This document shows, one piece after another, positions 49,201 to 60,318 of a stretch of 64,000 bases of DNA. The DNA comes from Azolla caroliniana (Eukaryota; Plantae; Polypodiophyta), in the NCBI GenBank assembly GCA_043228905.1, contig JBHGNT010000016.1:6138001-6202000 (forward strand), in the 5' to 3' direction. Every line of letters begins with the position of its first letter. The first letter of the stretch is position 1. Below the pieces are notes generated by a model that ran no database searches, was not told the DNA's origin, and saw nothing but the letters and a program-made list of their open reading frames with translations. Position numbers and translations under genes: made by a program.

Positions 49201-51741
49201 GCGAGGCATACGCCCTCATACCGAAAGACAACCGCCGAAAACTCGAACCGAGATCAAGGAAATGCGTTTTCCTCGAGTATGGACCCGACGGCGAGATCGG
49301 ATACCGACTCTGGGACCCCGAGCATAAGCAAATCGTCCGAAGTTCGGACGTCCTGTTCAACGAGTCGACTATGCACAAAACAACCGAAAGGCCTATTGAA
49401 GTTCGAAGGGTAATATTTTCTGAAGTGCCAACCCTTCATGACGGCCCAACACACAACACAAGACCGGTTTCACGGGTAACCGACTTCTCTCGCACCAAAT
49501 CCACAGATTCGGCACAACCGAATGGCTCAGCTTCCGACCATCCGACATCGACACCCGGTGCGACCGGTCCAGTCATACCTCGAAGATCCGAGAGACTGTC
49601 GCAACCTCCGGAGAGGTACTCTCCTGGAATTTTCTTCACCGACGCCGGCGAATCGATGTCCTACGAAGAAGCATCGGCAATTGCCGATTCAACCACCTGG
49701 CATCTGGCAATGGAGTCGGAAATGCACTCCATCCGCGCCAACAAGACTTGGGATCTAGTCGACTTACCGAAGAATCGACGTGCTCTTCCTTGCAAGTGGG
49801 TCTATAGACTAAAGGAGACGTCCGACTCGACCACCCCAAAGTACAAGGCCAGATTAGTTGCGAAGGGATTTCGACAGGAATATGGCGTCGACTTCGACAA
49901 AATCTTTTCACCAGTGGTGAAAATGACAACCCTTCGTTTCATGCTCGGTGTTGTGGCTGCCGACAATTTGGAGCTGATTCAGCTAGATGTGAAAACGGCA
50001 TTCCTCCACAGTGATCTAAAGGAGGAAATCTACATGGAGCAGCCGAAAGGCTTTGTGGCCACCGGTCAGGAACATCTAGTCTGCCGACTCAGGAAGAGTC
50101 TTTACGGCCTGAAACAGGCACCCCGACAGTGGTACAAGAAGTTCGACGATTTCATCCAGTCGGTCGGCTTCTCCAAGAGCGATGAGGACCACTACCTATT
50201 CACCACAACAGCTCAAGACGGTTCTCCCGTCTTCCTCATCATCTACGTGGACGACATGCTACTCTCTGGTCGCCATACCGGAGAACTCACCGAACTCGTT
50301 CGGAAACTGCGATTGAAGTTTGCCATGAAGGACCTCGGTCCGGCAAGACACATACTCGGAATGAAGATTAGTCGGAATTGCACCAAAAGACAGCTTTTTC
50401 TGTCTCAAACCGACTACATCGGACGTGTCTTGGAACGCTTCAACATGCAATCGGCCAAGTCTGCTTCGACCCTGCTCCCCGTTCATCTTCGGCTTTCTCA
50501 GCGAGACTGCCCAACATCCGGTCTGGAGGGGGAAGACATGAAGTCGGTACCGTATGCATCGACAGTAGGCTCTCTGATGTACGCGATGGTCGTGACACGG
50601 CCTTATATTTCTCACGTCGTAGGAGTCATCAACAGATTTATGCACAATCCCGACCGATCGCATTGGAACGCAGTCAAGCATGTGTTCAGATATTTAGCTG
50701 GCACAAAAGACCACGACATCCTTTTCGGTCCGAACTCAACTTCAGGCGTAGCCGGTTACACCGACTCGGACTTCGCCGGATGTGTGGACAGTCGCAAGTC
50801 AACAACCGGATATTTCTTTAAATTCGGCAATGGAGCAATCTCGTGGAAGTCGAAACTTCAGGAGTGCACAACCACCTCAACAACCGAAGCAAAATATGTA
50901 GTTGCCTCCGACGCAACGAAAGAAGCTTTATGGCTCGGTCGGCTGGCGCACACGTTTCGGCAAGTCGACTCCGACTCGGCTCCAATTGTCTACAGCGATA
51001 ATCAAAGTGATGTTGCTTTGTCGAAAAATCCGGTTCATCACAACGCCTCCAAGCATATCGAAGTTCGATATCACTTCGTTCGGGACTGCGTCATTTCCGG
51101 GAAAATCGGTTTAGAGAAGATATCCACAACCGACAATGTCGCAGATGGAATGACCAAGTGTCTTTCGGCATACCGGTTCCGGTCTCTTCGGCAACAGATG
51201 GGCGTAACAACATATCGGTCCGGTTGAAGCCGGACATAGTGCAGGACGGTTTCGGACAACAGACATCGGTTCACTGACGATCGGCTTCAGCTTTTCCGAC
51301 CCGACCAGTTCGGTCTTCTGTCTACGGATCATGCTGATTCGAACAAAACCGACCTGTCCGAGAACCTATTCCTATACCCGTATTTTTTAGATAACCCATG
51401 TATACGCCCATTACGGGGGAGTGTCGAATACAAATGTATAATGGACGTATTCACACTATCCTCTTAGAGAGCCCAAGTTCGGGCTATTTCTGTAAATAAC
51501 ATAAAGGGCAGTTGCCCTATGTGAGTCACTATATAAAGTGACTTTGTAACCTTTTGTAAGGTTGGTTGTTCATTGTTGTAACGGTTGCCCCTTTATGAAT
51601 ATAGATATATGCTTTCTCTCTCTCTCTCTCTCTCTCCTTGTACGTAATTTGTTCTTGCCTCTCTCATACGCAGGTATTTCTTCCTCACAGATTCATACTA
51701 TGTGATCTCTTCCGCACTTACGACTTTGTTCATTTCCTACA
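46211..51741 (+). mobile_element. Full-length Ty1/Copia LTR retrotransposon (disabled)
   Basis: LTRs 46211-46534 and 51422-51741. TSD ATGAG. PBS TGGTATCAGAGC at 46537. PPT GGGGGAG just before the 3' LTR. Confidence 0.95.
47203..51227 (+). pseudogene. Copia gag-pol polyprotein with several premature stops and a probable frameshift
   Basis: FDGSNFNFWKEQM gag, WLLDSGASYH protease, HSDVCGP integrase, [29 protein letters not shown] RNase H. Broken into ORFs 47203, 48045, 48333 and 49110. Confidence 0.93.
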
Positions 51742-52667
51742 ATGAGGACTCCATTAGCATGCCCAATTCTCAACCTTAAGTTGGTGAGATGATACTCTAA
51801 GTTGTCCAATAACAACTCTTAGTGCATTTGGTAAGAATGCATCTCATATTTGGGTCATATAATAAAACCTAAATTAGAGAAGTGTATGAAGTGTTCCTTA
51901 TAATACAACATTTTAGATGAGAGTGACTCTAGTAGGTTGATCCATTTATGTTGAGTATAAATTTGCATATTTCTTGGCATATTACTTTATTATAGTTCCC
52001 ATGAGAGAGAAAGACGGATCCCCTAAGCTAAGCTACAATATTGGACTTATTTATGTGTATGATGGCTCACAAATTTTTGTTATCGCAAGGCACAAGTTTG
52101 CACTCGCAACCATGGCCATCTACTGTCCAATATTTCATTGGGAAGGAGGTTGTAACAAATGGGAAAACCACGATTAAGGCATCATGGTGGCGATTACATG
52201 ATGAAAGTATTCCACTTAAATTTCATCGTTCTTCCCATGCTCAACACATTGTTGTCTCATGACACAAAGCACTCCCTTAACTTTTATGGGCACCAGTTCC
52301 TTGCAAAAGGTGTTACTCGTGTGTTCTTGATTATTATATTGACATGGAGAGAGGAGACACCGCCGCGTATGTAGTTTGATCACTTGTTTCGTTAGGGTTG
52401 TAAAAGAGGCGAGAGATATGATTGAGGTTAGATCTCACAGATTTTGGGATTTTGTTGAAGCACGACAATGATTATGTGTCATTTCCAATACTGGGTTTCA
52501 TCTGGTGGTGACCGTAGAGTATGACATTGGCGCATGGTCCTTTACCATAATACAAACCAAGGAGGAACCATGGGTTGATTGGGCGTTTACAGGGGGACAC
52601 AAACCAAGGTTCTACAAGTGGTTACTAAGTCCTCGTACCATTGCGTTCGGTTCATTTGATGTACCCT

Positions 52668-52702
<35 letters not shown>

Positions 52703-52843
52703 CTCTGTTTGTAGGTTTTGGTTATGGATGGTGGTAGATCTTGAAACGTAGTTGCCATTCTAAATTGCCACTTCTAGCGAAGAAGAAAGAAGAAGGTCCT
52801 AGGCTTCATTTGGAGAGTATTGAACCCCCTCCACAAGAAGAAG

Positions 52844-53213
52844 TAACAATCGGCAACGGTTCGGTTTGGGTTTGAACCAAACCGAACCGCGGTTTAATGG
52901 CTTACCGGTTTCAACAGTCAAAAACCACGGTTTAAATGGTTTAACGGGTTTTTTTTTTTAATTAAAAAAAAATCTTTTCGTTTTTAGACCTTATTCTCAC
53001 ATTTTAGGAACATCTTAAAAATTTTAAAAAATGAAATATTATGAATTTTAAAAAAGTAAAAATTAAAAATTAAAAATTTGACCTATGTTGAAAAACCGAA
53101 ACTGCGGTTTTTACGGTTTGAAAAATGGTTAACGGTTCGGTTCGGTTCAGGTTTCAAACAATTTAAAACGGTTCGGTTTGGACCCTCTCAAACCGAACCG
53201 TTGCTGATTGTTA
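52844..53213. mobile_element. hAT-superfamily MITE (370 bp)
   Basis: 25-bp TIRs TAACAATC(G/A)GCAACGGTTCGGTTTG with one mismatch. 8-bp TSD AGAAGAAG (52836-52843 and 53214-53221). Many subterminal CGGTT/AACCG motifs and an AT-rich core. Confidence 0.9.
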
Positions 53214-53311
53214 AGAAGAAGATTTAAGAAGGAAGAAGAAGAAGAACCAGAAGCACATAGCCACAGAGAGAGAGAGCAGAGCTTCCCCTGCATCCCTCCC
53301 TCTCTCTCTAC

Positions 53312-53352
<41 letters not shown>

Positions 53353-53513
53353 AGAGCAGAGCAGAGCTTCCCCTGCATCCTTCCCTCTCTCTCTCTAAAC
53401 ACACACACACAAGAGAAGAGAGAAGGGAAGGGACGGGAACGTTATCATGCCAAGAGACTGACTCAAAAGAACAGGCTGCTGCTGCTCTCTGCCCGAGCTC
53501 TTCGTCTTGCAGG

Positions 53514-53569
<56 letters not shown>

Positions 53570-54421
53570 GAGGTCGTTCTTGGAGACTGACACACAGATG
53601 GATATGTGGATTTGATATCGCTCTTAGAGAGACAGATAGTTGGTTCTCCTTTAATTTTCCTTTTCTGGATCCATCCAGCTTCAATCTGTGTGTCTGTGTC
53701 TGTGTCTGTGTGTTTTTGCAAAACTATCCAGTTTCCTGCAGGATTGCACCAAATCCAGAGTTTCTATCTTCTTCTCCCACTTAACAGTGAGCATATCTGT
53801 GCATATCTGTGCGGATTGGCTTTAGTTTGGAAATCAGTCTGCTTTTTTCCAGACTCTCGTTTTCGAGAAGTCTTTCGGAAAGGGTTTTTTTGTTTGTTGT
53901 ATTCATATTCTTCGACTTTCACGGTGCTAAGACAATGGCTAGTTTTTAATCTGACTGTCGTTACGTCTTTTCTTTCTAATATGTGTTACTGGGGATTCTG
54001 TTGACTGTAAATGCCTATGTGTTTGCAAATGGCAATGTTCATCAGTGGTTGGATTTTCAGTACAGTATCTGCAAGTCTTGTCTGGAATAGAATTGGTTTG
54101 CTTGCAATTCAGTTTTATTAGAGGCAGCTAGATCCAGGCTTAATAGATTCTGGTCGAGAATCAGGAGATGATTCCAGATCTTGTTGGAAGGATATTCAAT
54201 CATGCTACAGACCTAGTTAGTGGAGAAAAGAATGGATCCTAAATCTCACATTTGATTATTCATTTGAATGGGGTGAAAAGGTTAAAGAAATAGTTTAAAT
54301 TTTTCGTTCCTTCTTGCAGACTTCTCCCAACCAAAACTGTCATATATGAGGTTGATGCATTGGGAAGGCATGATACAGAATGAAGACTTAGGACATTGGG
54401 CATGAGCTTTTAGAATCAAAG

Positions 54422-55963
54422 ATGGGAGACAACGGCATCCCTAGCCCTCTATCAAAGAAAAGAGTAGCGTCAGAACAGTTATCTAAGGATAGTGATCAAT
54501 CCTTTGATAACGAATCTCAGGGTTCTGGATTGTTTCAAAAAGCTTCAGAGGAGATATTAGCTGCACGGCAGATAGTCAATGTGCGTCAGAACAATGATGT
54601 AGATGTTAATGTTGATGATGAGAAGACTTCGTTTATTTCCCCATCATATGTGGAGGATCTAGGCGAGAAAATTAATGCTGAGGTGGAGGATTTAGGTGGG
54701 AGAACTCATGCTAATGTGGAGGATCTAGATGGGGGAGGTGAAGTAGAGGATTTAGGTGAGAACACGGATGTTAATGTGGAGGATTTAGGCGAGAATGTTG
54801 ATGCCAGCGTGGAGGATCTAGACCAGAGAACTGATGCTAATGTGGATAATTTAGGAGAGGCAAATGATGCTAATGTGGAGGTTCATAGCAATGAGCAACC
54901 TGAGGATAAATGTCCTTCTGAAGCTTCAAATATTAATGTGAAACTACATGCAAAGGATCAAGGGGAGCAAGCTGATGCCAATGTGGATGTTAGTTGCAAT
55001 GAACAACATAAAGGACGTGTTAAGCTCTCAAATATTGTTCCATGCCATGTGCAGGATGAAGGACAGAGTGAAGGAAAAGAATCTGAGAATTTTCGCACTG
55101 AATCTAAGGATTCTTATCGTAAACACGATTCTATGTCTGGTGATAACCAGAGTGGGAGCAGCAAGGTAGATTACAGAACTAAACATATCCACGGTACAGA
55201 TGCAAATCAATTTGAAATGACATTATCCTCTCCAGTGGTATCAGCGAACAACATTTCAAGTATTGCCATACCTCCTCCTGGAGCAAATTTCTCTAGTTCC
55301 ACATTCTCATTCGGAACAGCACCTCTTTCTTTTGCAACTCCCACTGGGTTTGCATCGTTTAGAAGTTCATCACAGATCTTTGGCTCGGCAGGAAATGCAA
55401 CTGCTGGAACAAATCCAGGATCTGTGTTTTCTTTCAAATTTCCTGATGAAAGTACTATAGAAAACAACAGTACTTCTGGTTTTCAGGCATCTGGTTCTCA
55501 GACAAGCAAGAGCTTAAGCGATCTACCAGCACCCTCTTTGGGTTCTTTTAAGCTGCAGGAGGTTAGTTTGGTCACCGGAGAAGAGCAGGAAACTGCAATA
55601 TTTTCTTCAGGTGCGAGTCTTTTTGAGTTTGTTAGTAATGCTTGGAAGGAGCGTGGGAAAGGTGAACTGAAGATTAATGTTTCAGAAGGTTCAACAAGCA
55701 AAGCACGGTTGCTAATGAGGATGAAAGGAAACTACAAACTGTTGCTAAATGCAAATCTTTTCCCGGATATGAAGGTGACTAACATGGAGAGTCGAGGGGT
55801 GACATTTGCATGTATTAATAGTGCAGCTGAGGGAAGAGAGGGATTGACAACCTATGCTTTAAAGTTCAAGGATAGCATGGTTGCAACAAGCTTTCAAGAC
55901 ATTGTTAACTTGCATAAAGGTGGATCATCTTTAGGTCTTAAAACACCTGAGAACTCCCCATGA
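54422..55963 (+). CDS. NUP50: Nucleoporin NUP50-like protein (N-terminal NUP50 motif, FG-like region, C-terminal RanBP1 domain)
   Basis: KKRVASEQLSKD...FQKASEEILAARQIV at the N-terminus, FSFG/IFG motifs, RanBD TGEEQE...WKERGKGELKIN...ARLLMR...LLLNANLF, ending KTPENSP. Single coding exon; probable 5' UTR intron 53513-54319. Confidence 0.9.
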   Translation: MGDNGIPSPLSKKRVASEQLSKDSDQSFDNESQGSGLFQKASEEILAARQIVNVRQNNDVDVNVDDEKTSFISPSYVEDLGEKINAEVEDLGGRTHANVEDLDGGGEVEDLGENTDVNVEDLGENVDASVEDLDQRTDANVDNLGEANDANVEVHSNEQPEDKCPSEASNINVKLHAKDQGEQADANVDVSCNEQHKGRVKLSNIVPCHVQDEGQSEGKESENFRTESKDSYRKHDSMSGDNQSGSSKVDYRTKHIHGTDANQFEMTLSSPVVSANNISSIAIPPPGANFSSSTFSFGTAPLSFATPTGFASFRSSSQIFGSAGNATAGTNPGSVFSFKFPDESTIENNSTSGFQASGSQTSKSLSDLPAPSLGSFKLQEVSLVTGEEQETAIFSSGASLFEFVSNAWKERGKGELKINVSEGSTSKARLLMRMKGNYKLLLNANLFPDMKVTNMESRGVTFACINSAAEGREGLTTYALKFKDSMVATSFQDIVNLHKGGSSLGLKTPENSP

Positions 55964-57345
55964 TGAACCTGAAAGGGGTTCCTCAAGTTCAAATGATCTG
56001 TATGTAGTAACAACTAGTCTATTTATAGCCTTCTTTTTTTCGTCACAGCTGGTTCAGATGTCATCAAGTACACTCAGCTGATTCTCTCTATTTCCTGGAA
56101 ATTTAACTGAGACTTAACAAGTTTTGTAATTAATGGTTCTCGGATGAATAACTAAATATTGCATTTTAATACCTATGTGATTTTTGATATTCAAAATTTC
56201 CTTCAATGAATATTCCATTTTCAACAAATGCATTAATGTACAAATATTATGATTATCATCACCTTTGAGAAACTCTTAAAACAACAATACGACATATACA
56301 AACCAGCAAACAGGCTTAGTAGTGAACACCCAATAAATTCCAGGCTTACTAGATTTCGTCAACACCGTGGACATATTTTAATAGCTGTGGTCATTGAGCT
56401 ACAGACTTAGTTTGCAAGGACTCAAACCTGGTTTAGGTTTTCTTTCCTGAATCATCTCAAAGGATTGTTGTAGAAATACTGACCTTTTTTCCGCGTTCGA
56501 TTAAATTAACGTTGCTTGCAAGATATATACCTAGAAGAACATAGAAATGAAAATAATTGATGTATGCTGTGCCTCCTTACGTGAGTGGTTATAATAATGT
56601 CAATGGGATTTAGTTAAGTGAAATATCACAATCTTTTTTGTAACAAGACACATCATCTATCCATGCGACCTCAAATTTCTTGACAAAGCCACACCCATTT
56701 TATATACCTCTCCAAGTATGTGTAATTATTCCGAACATGTATATTGTTATTTTACATAACCAAATTATAAAAGGGCTATGCGATGTACATGTTTCTGGTC
56801 CTTTTGTAGGTTTTTCATTTGCTGTGTCAATGTGGATTATATTTTCAAATTGTTTTAACCTTTATGAAGGACTCCAACAGGTGATTTGTCAGAAATGATA
56901 AACATCTGACAGTGTAATCAAGAGGCAATTCGATAACTATAGCACACAAATTAGACTCTTATGTTCATTGTTTAAAGAATGTTGGTATTTTGATCCATGT
57001 TAACACATCATCCAGTGGATGATAGAGAATTTGCATCTCCTGTTTTGCTGAGAAAAATAACTCTTGACATTTTCTATATCCTATCTGTAGGTTTTTACTA
57101 AAATAAGTTAATGGTGCTCATGAATTGATATCCATTTGAACTAAGTAGCTGTATATATACAGAAAATGGCATCTTTTACTTGCAACCTGTCAAGATCATA
57201 TTGTACAAGTTATTTCATTCCCATTGTAGACTATATCTGTTTAACATGCCAAGAACTACATTCAGCTCTCCTGCATGTTGTCATTAGTTATGCTTAATTC
57301 CAATGCCAGAAATTAACCTTTCAGAACTGCTACATTGCAGTGCTT

Positions 57346-60012
57346 TTATGAAGTAGAATCCCTTTGCAAAACTCCATCTCCTGCATAAATGTTGGACATG
57401 CAGATATATGTTGCTGCATCATTGTCATCAGTCCACAATGCTTGCTCAAAAGCTCTTGTTGCAAGCTCTGAGTTGCCCCATTTTCTGCAAGCACCCATCA
57501 CTGTATGCCAAACCACAAGATTCGGAGCAACTGGCATCTCTTTGATCCTTGCAATAGCATTCTCTAGCTGGCCTGCACGATTAAGAAGATCTATCATGCA
57601 ATTGTAATGTTCCATGGTTGGTGCGATCTCATGTTCTTTACTAAATACATCAAACAACATATGAGCCTCTTCTATTAGACCTGCATGACTGCATACATTC
57701 AAAACACTAACAAGAGTAATAAGGTTTGGCCTTTTGTTCTCGTCTACCATTCTCTTGACAATACGAAAAACATTTTCACATTCACCCAAATGTGAATATC
57801 CGCCAATTAGTGCATTCCATGATATTTCATCTCTATCTGGAAGCATGTCAAATACCTCATGTGCTTTCCACAGAATGCCACATTTCGCATACATATCAAT
57901 CAATGCATTGCCTACAACAAGCTCACTCTTCAATAATCCTTTCCTAACAATCTCAGCATGTATGTCTTGCCCCTTTTCTGTGGCTCCAGCATTGCCACAT
58001 GCTTGTAGGCTGTAAACTAATGTAACAGCATCTGGTGAGACACGTTTACACAGCATTTCCTCAAAACAGTCCAATGCTTCAATATTGAGGCCATGTTTGA
58101 CATACCCTGCAATAAGTGTGGTCCATGAGACTAGATCTTGCAATGGAAGCTTATTAAGAACTTCCTTTGCCTTCGATAGCATACCACAATTCACATACAT
58201 ATCAATGAGTGCATTACCAACTACTACATCTCCTTCCAGCAAACCTTTTCTGGTAATTTCATCATGGATTTTAATGCCATTCTCTATCACTCCAGCACTC
58301 CCACAAGCTTTCAAAGTACAAACAAAAGTGATACCATCTGGAGAAATGCCCTCTTGTTGCATTTTCTCAAAACAGTTCAACGCTTGCTGATTATACTCAT
58401 GTTTAGTGTATCCCGTGATAAGTGTAGTCCATGAAATTACATCCCGACAAGGAATTTTGTCAAATACATCTTGAGCTTTATGGAGATCACCACAATTGGC
58501 ATACATATCAATCAATGCATTCCCAACTGCAGTATCATTTCCTAAACATCCTAGCCTAATAATATCAGCATGGATTTCTTCAGCCCTTTCAATTGCACCT
58601 AATGTACAGCAAGCATTCAAGCTGCAGATTAATATCACAGAGTTTGGAGAAACACCATTAGATTTCATCTCCTCAAAGCAAGCAAGTCCTTCCTCATATT
58701 TTCCATATCTTGCATATTTTGTGATCAAGGTGGTCCATGCCACTACATCTTGAACCAAAAGATTATCAAACACTTCTCGAGCTTTCTCAAATATCCCACA
58801 ACTTGAATACATATCAACCAGGGCATTTCCGACAATGGAGTCTGTCATGAGACCACTTCCCTCAATTATGGCATGTATTTCTCTGCCCTTCTCAACATCT
58901 CCTAAAATGCTGCAAGACTTCAAGATGCAAATAAATGTCACAGAATTAGGTGCGACACAATCAAGTCGCATCTCCTCAAAACAGTTTAAAGCTTCTTTAC
59001 AACACCCATGTTTGACGTAGCCTGTAATCAGTGAATTCCACGAGATTACTCCTTGATCCAGAAGGCTATCAAATACTTCCTCTGCCATGGCAAGTAAGCC
59101 ACATTTTGCATACATATCAACCAAAGCATTTCCAACAAAGCAATGCTTATCCAAGAGCCCTTTTCGGGCAATCTCAGCATTCAATAAGCGACCCTCATCT
59201 GCATCACCGACAATGCCACAAGCCTTCAAACTACAAATGAAAGTGACAATGTTTGGATGAATACCTTCCGATTCCATTTGCTTCAAACATACAAGGGCCT
59301 CCTCTCCCTTCCCTTGTTTAGCATACCCAGACATAAGTGCATTCCATGAGACCACATCATGAGATAGAAGATCATTGAAGACTTGTTGTGCTTTTGCAAG
59401 CGCTCCACATTTTGCGTACATATCAACCAAGGTGCTACCTACAAAGAGTTCTCTGTCAAACCTTTCCAGAATCGTGTCAGCATGTATTTCTCGGCCTCTT
59501 TGAATACATTGTGACGAAGCACATGATTTGAGCAAGGCTACAAAAGTATGTGGAGAAGTGGGCACAGAAACTTCTCGCATCTTTTTATACATGATGAATG
59601 CATACTCAAACTCCCCGTATTTGGCATGTCCTGAGACAATGGAGTTCCATGCATATTCATTCTTGCTCACTAACATGTCAAATGCAGTTTGAGCATCTGA
59701 TAAGCACCCAACGTCGACTAGCAAGGAAACAATCAAGTTTCCGATGGATTTGTGAGAAACCAATCCATGTCTTTGCAAGTAGGATTGCAAGAATTTGGCA
59801 TGAATAAGGTTCCTTTGTTTCCTACATTGATGCAAGAAGGAGACTAAAATCTCAATTCTAGGAGGTCTACTACCTTCTCTTAAAGAAAGAACCGCACCTT
59901 CTAGATCAAATTTATTCCATCCATGGCAAGATCCAGAGAAGCTAGTTAAGCTTCTGTTTCTCTTTGTTTTGTTGAACCTTACAGGAATTGAAATCTGTAA
60001 TGATGTGGGCAT
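57346..60012 (-). CDS. PLS-class pentatricopeptide repeat protein with C-terminal E domain (no DYW), probable organellar RNA-editing factor
   Basis: About 7 P-L-S triplets (VVSWNALMSGY / TFICSLKAC / GNALVDMYAKCG), HYNCMIDLLNRAG and E motif WHTVMGACRKWG...YICMSNIY. First ATG at 60012; possible upstream intron 60101-60028. Confidence 0.9.
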   Translation of the reverse strand: MPTSLQISIPVRFNKTKRNRSLTSFSGSCHGWNKFDLEGAVLSLREGSRPPRIEILVSFLHQCRKQRNLIHAKFLQSYLQRHGLVSHKSIGNLIVSLLVDVGCLSDAQTAFDMLVSKNEYAWNSIVSGHAKYGEFEYAFIMYKKMREVSVPTSPHTFVALLKSCASSQCIQRGREIHADTILERFDRELFVGSTLVDMYAKCGALAKAQQVFNDLLSHDVVSWNALMSGYAKQGKGEEALVCLKQMESEGIHPNIVTFICSLKACGIVGDADEGRLLNAEIARKGLLDKHCFVGNALVDMYAKCGLLAMAEEVFDSLLDQGVISWNSLITGYVKHGCCKEALNCFEEMRLDCVAPNSVTFICILKSCSILGDVEKGREIHAIIEGSGLMTDSIVGNALVDMYSSCGIFEKAREVFDNLLVQDVVAWTTLITKYARYGKYEEGLACFEEMKSNGVSPNSVILICSLNACCTLGAIERAEEIHADIIRLGCLGNDTAVGNALIDMYANCGDLHKAQDVFDKIPCRDVISWTTLITGYTKHEYNQQALNCFEKMQQEGISPDGITFVCTLKACGSAGVIENGIKIHDEITRKGLLEGDVVVGNALIDMYVNCGMLSKAKEVLNKLPLQDLVSWTTLIAGYVKHGLNIEALDCFEEMLCKRVSPDAVTLVYSLQACGNAGATEKGQDIHAEIVRKGLLKSELVVGNALIDMYAKCGILWKAHEVFDMLPDRDEISWNALIGGYSHLGECENVFRIVKRMVDENKRPNLITLVSVLNVCSHAGLIEEAHMLFDVFSKEHEIAPTMEHYNCMIDLLNRAGQLENAIARIKEMPVAPNLVVWHTVMGACRKWGNSELATRAFEQALWTDDNDAATYICMSNIYAGDGVLQRDSTS

Positions 60013-60318
60013 TAGGTAGGGTCTACTCTGCAAGAGTGAGGAAGGAAGCTACATAGGTCCCTGAAGGGAACCCCTGATTGACGAAGAAAACAGCTAGTTA
60101 CCTCATATTGTATGTAACTACGATATATTTTCTTCTTCCATGGATACTACATGAAAGAGCGACTTTTTGTAGTCTTGTTTTGAAATGCTTATTAGAGACC
60201 AAATGTTAGTCGCCCACACCATTTCTCCATGGATACAGAAAGGTCTTCCGTCATAACTTAAGTCAAGGTCTGTGATAAGCTCAAAGACATTCACACAGGT
60301 CTTAGAGTACATGACACA

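Noticed and set aside
53147-53721. Several ORFs with RERERE or SLSLSL runs (also 1470-1790, 39334-39887, 44274-44468)
   Set aside because: Translations of (GA)n, (TC)n or (CA)n microsatellites.
60259-60261. U-to-C RNA editing rescuing the TAA stop
   Set aside because: Reverse editing in ferns and hornworts is established for organellar transcripts, not nuclear genes. The motif position also favours Leu over Gln.
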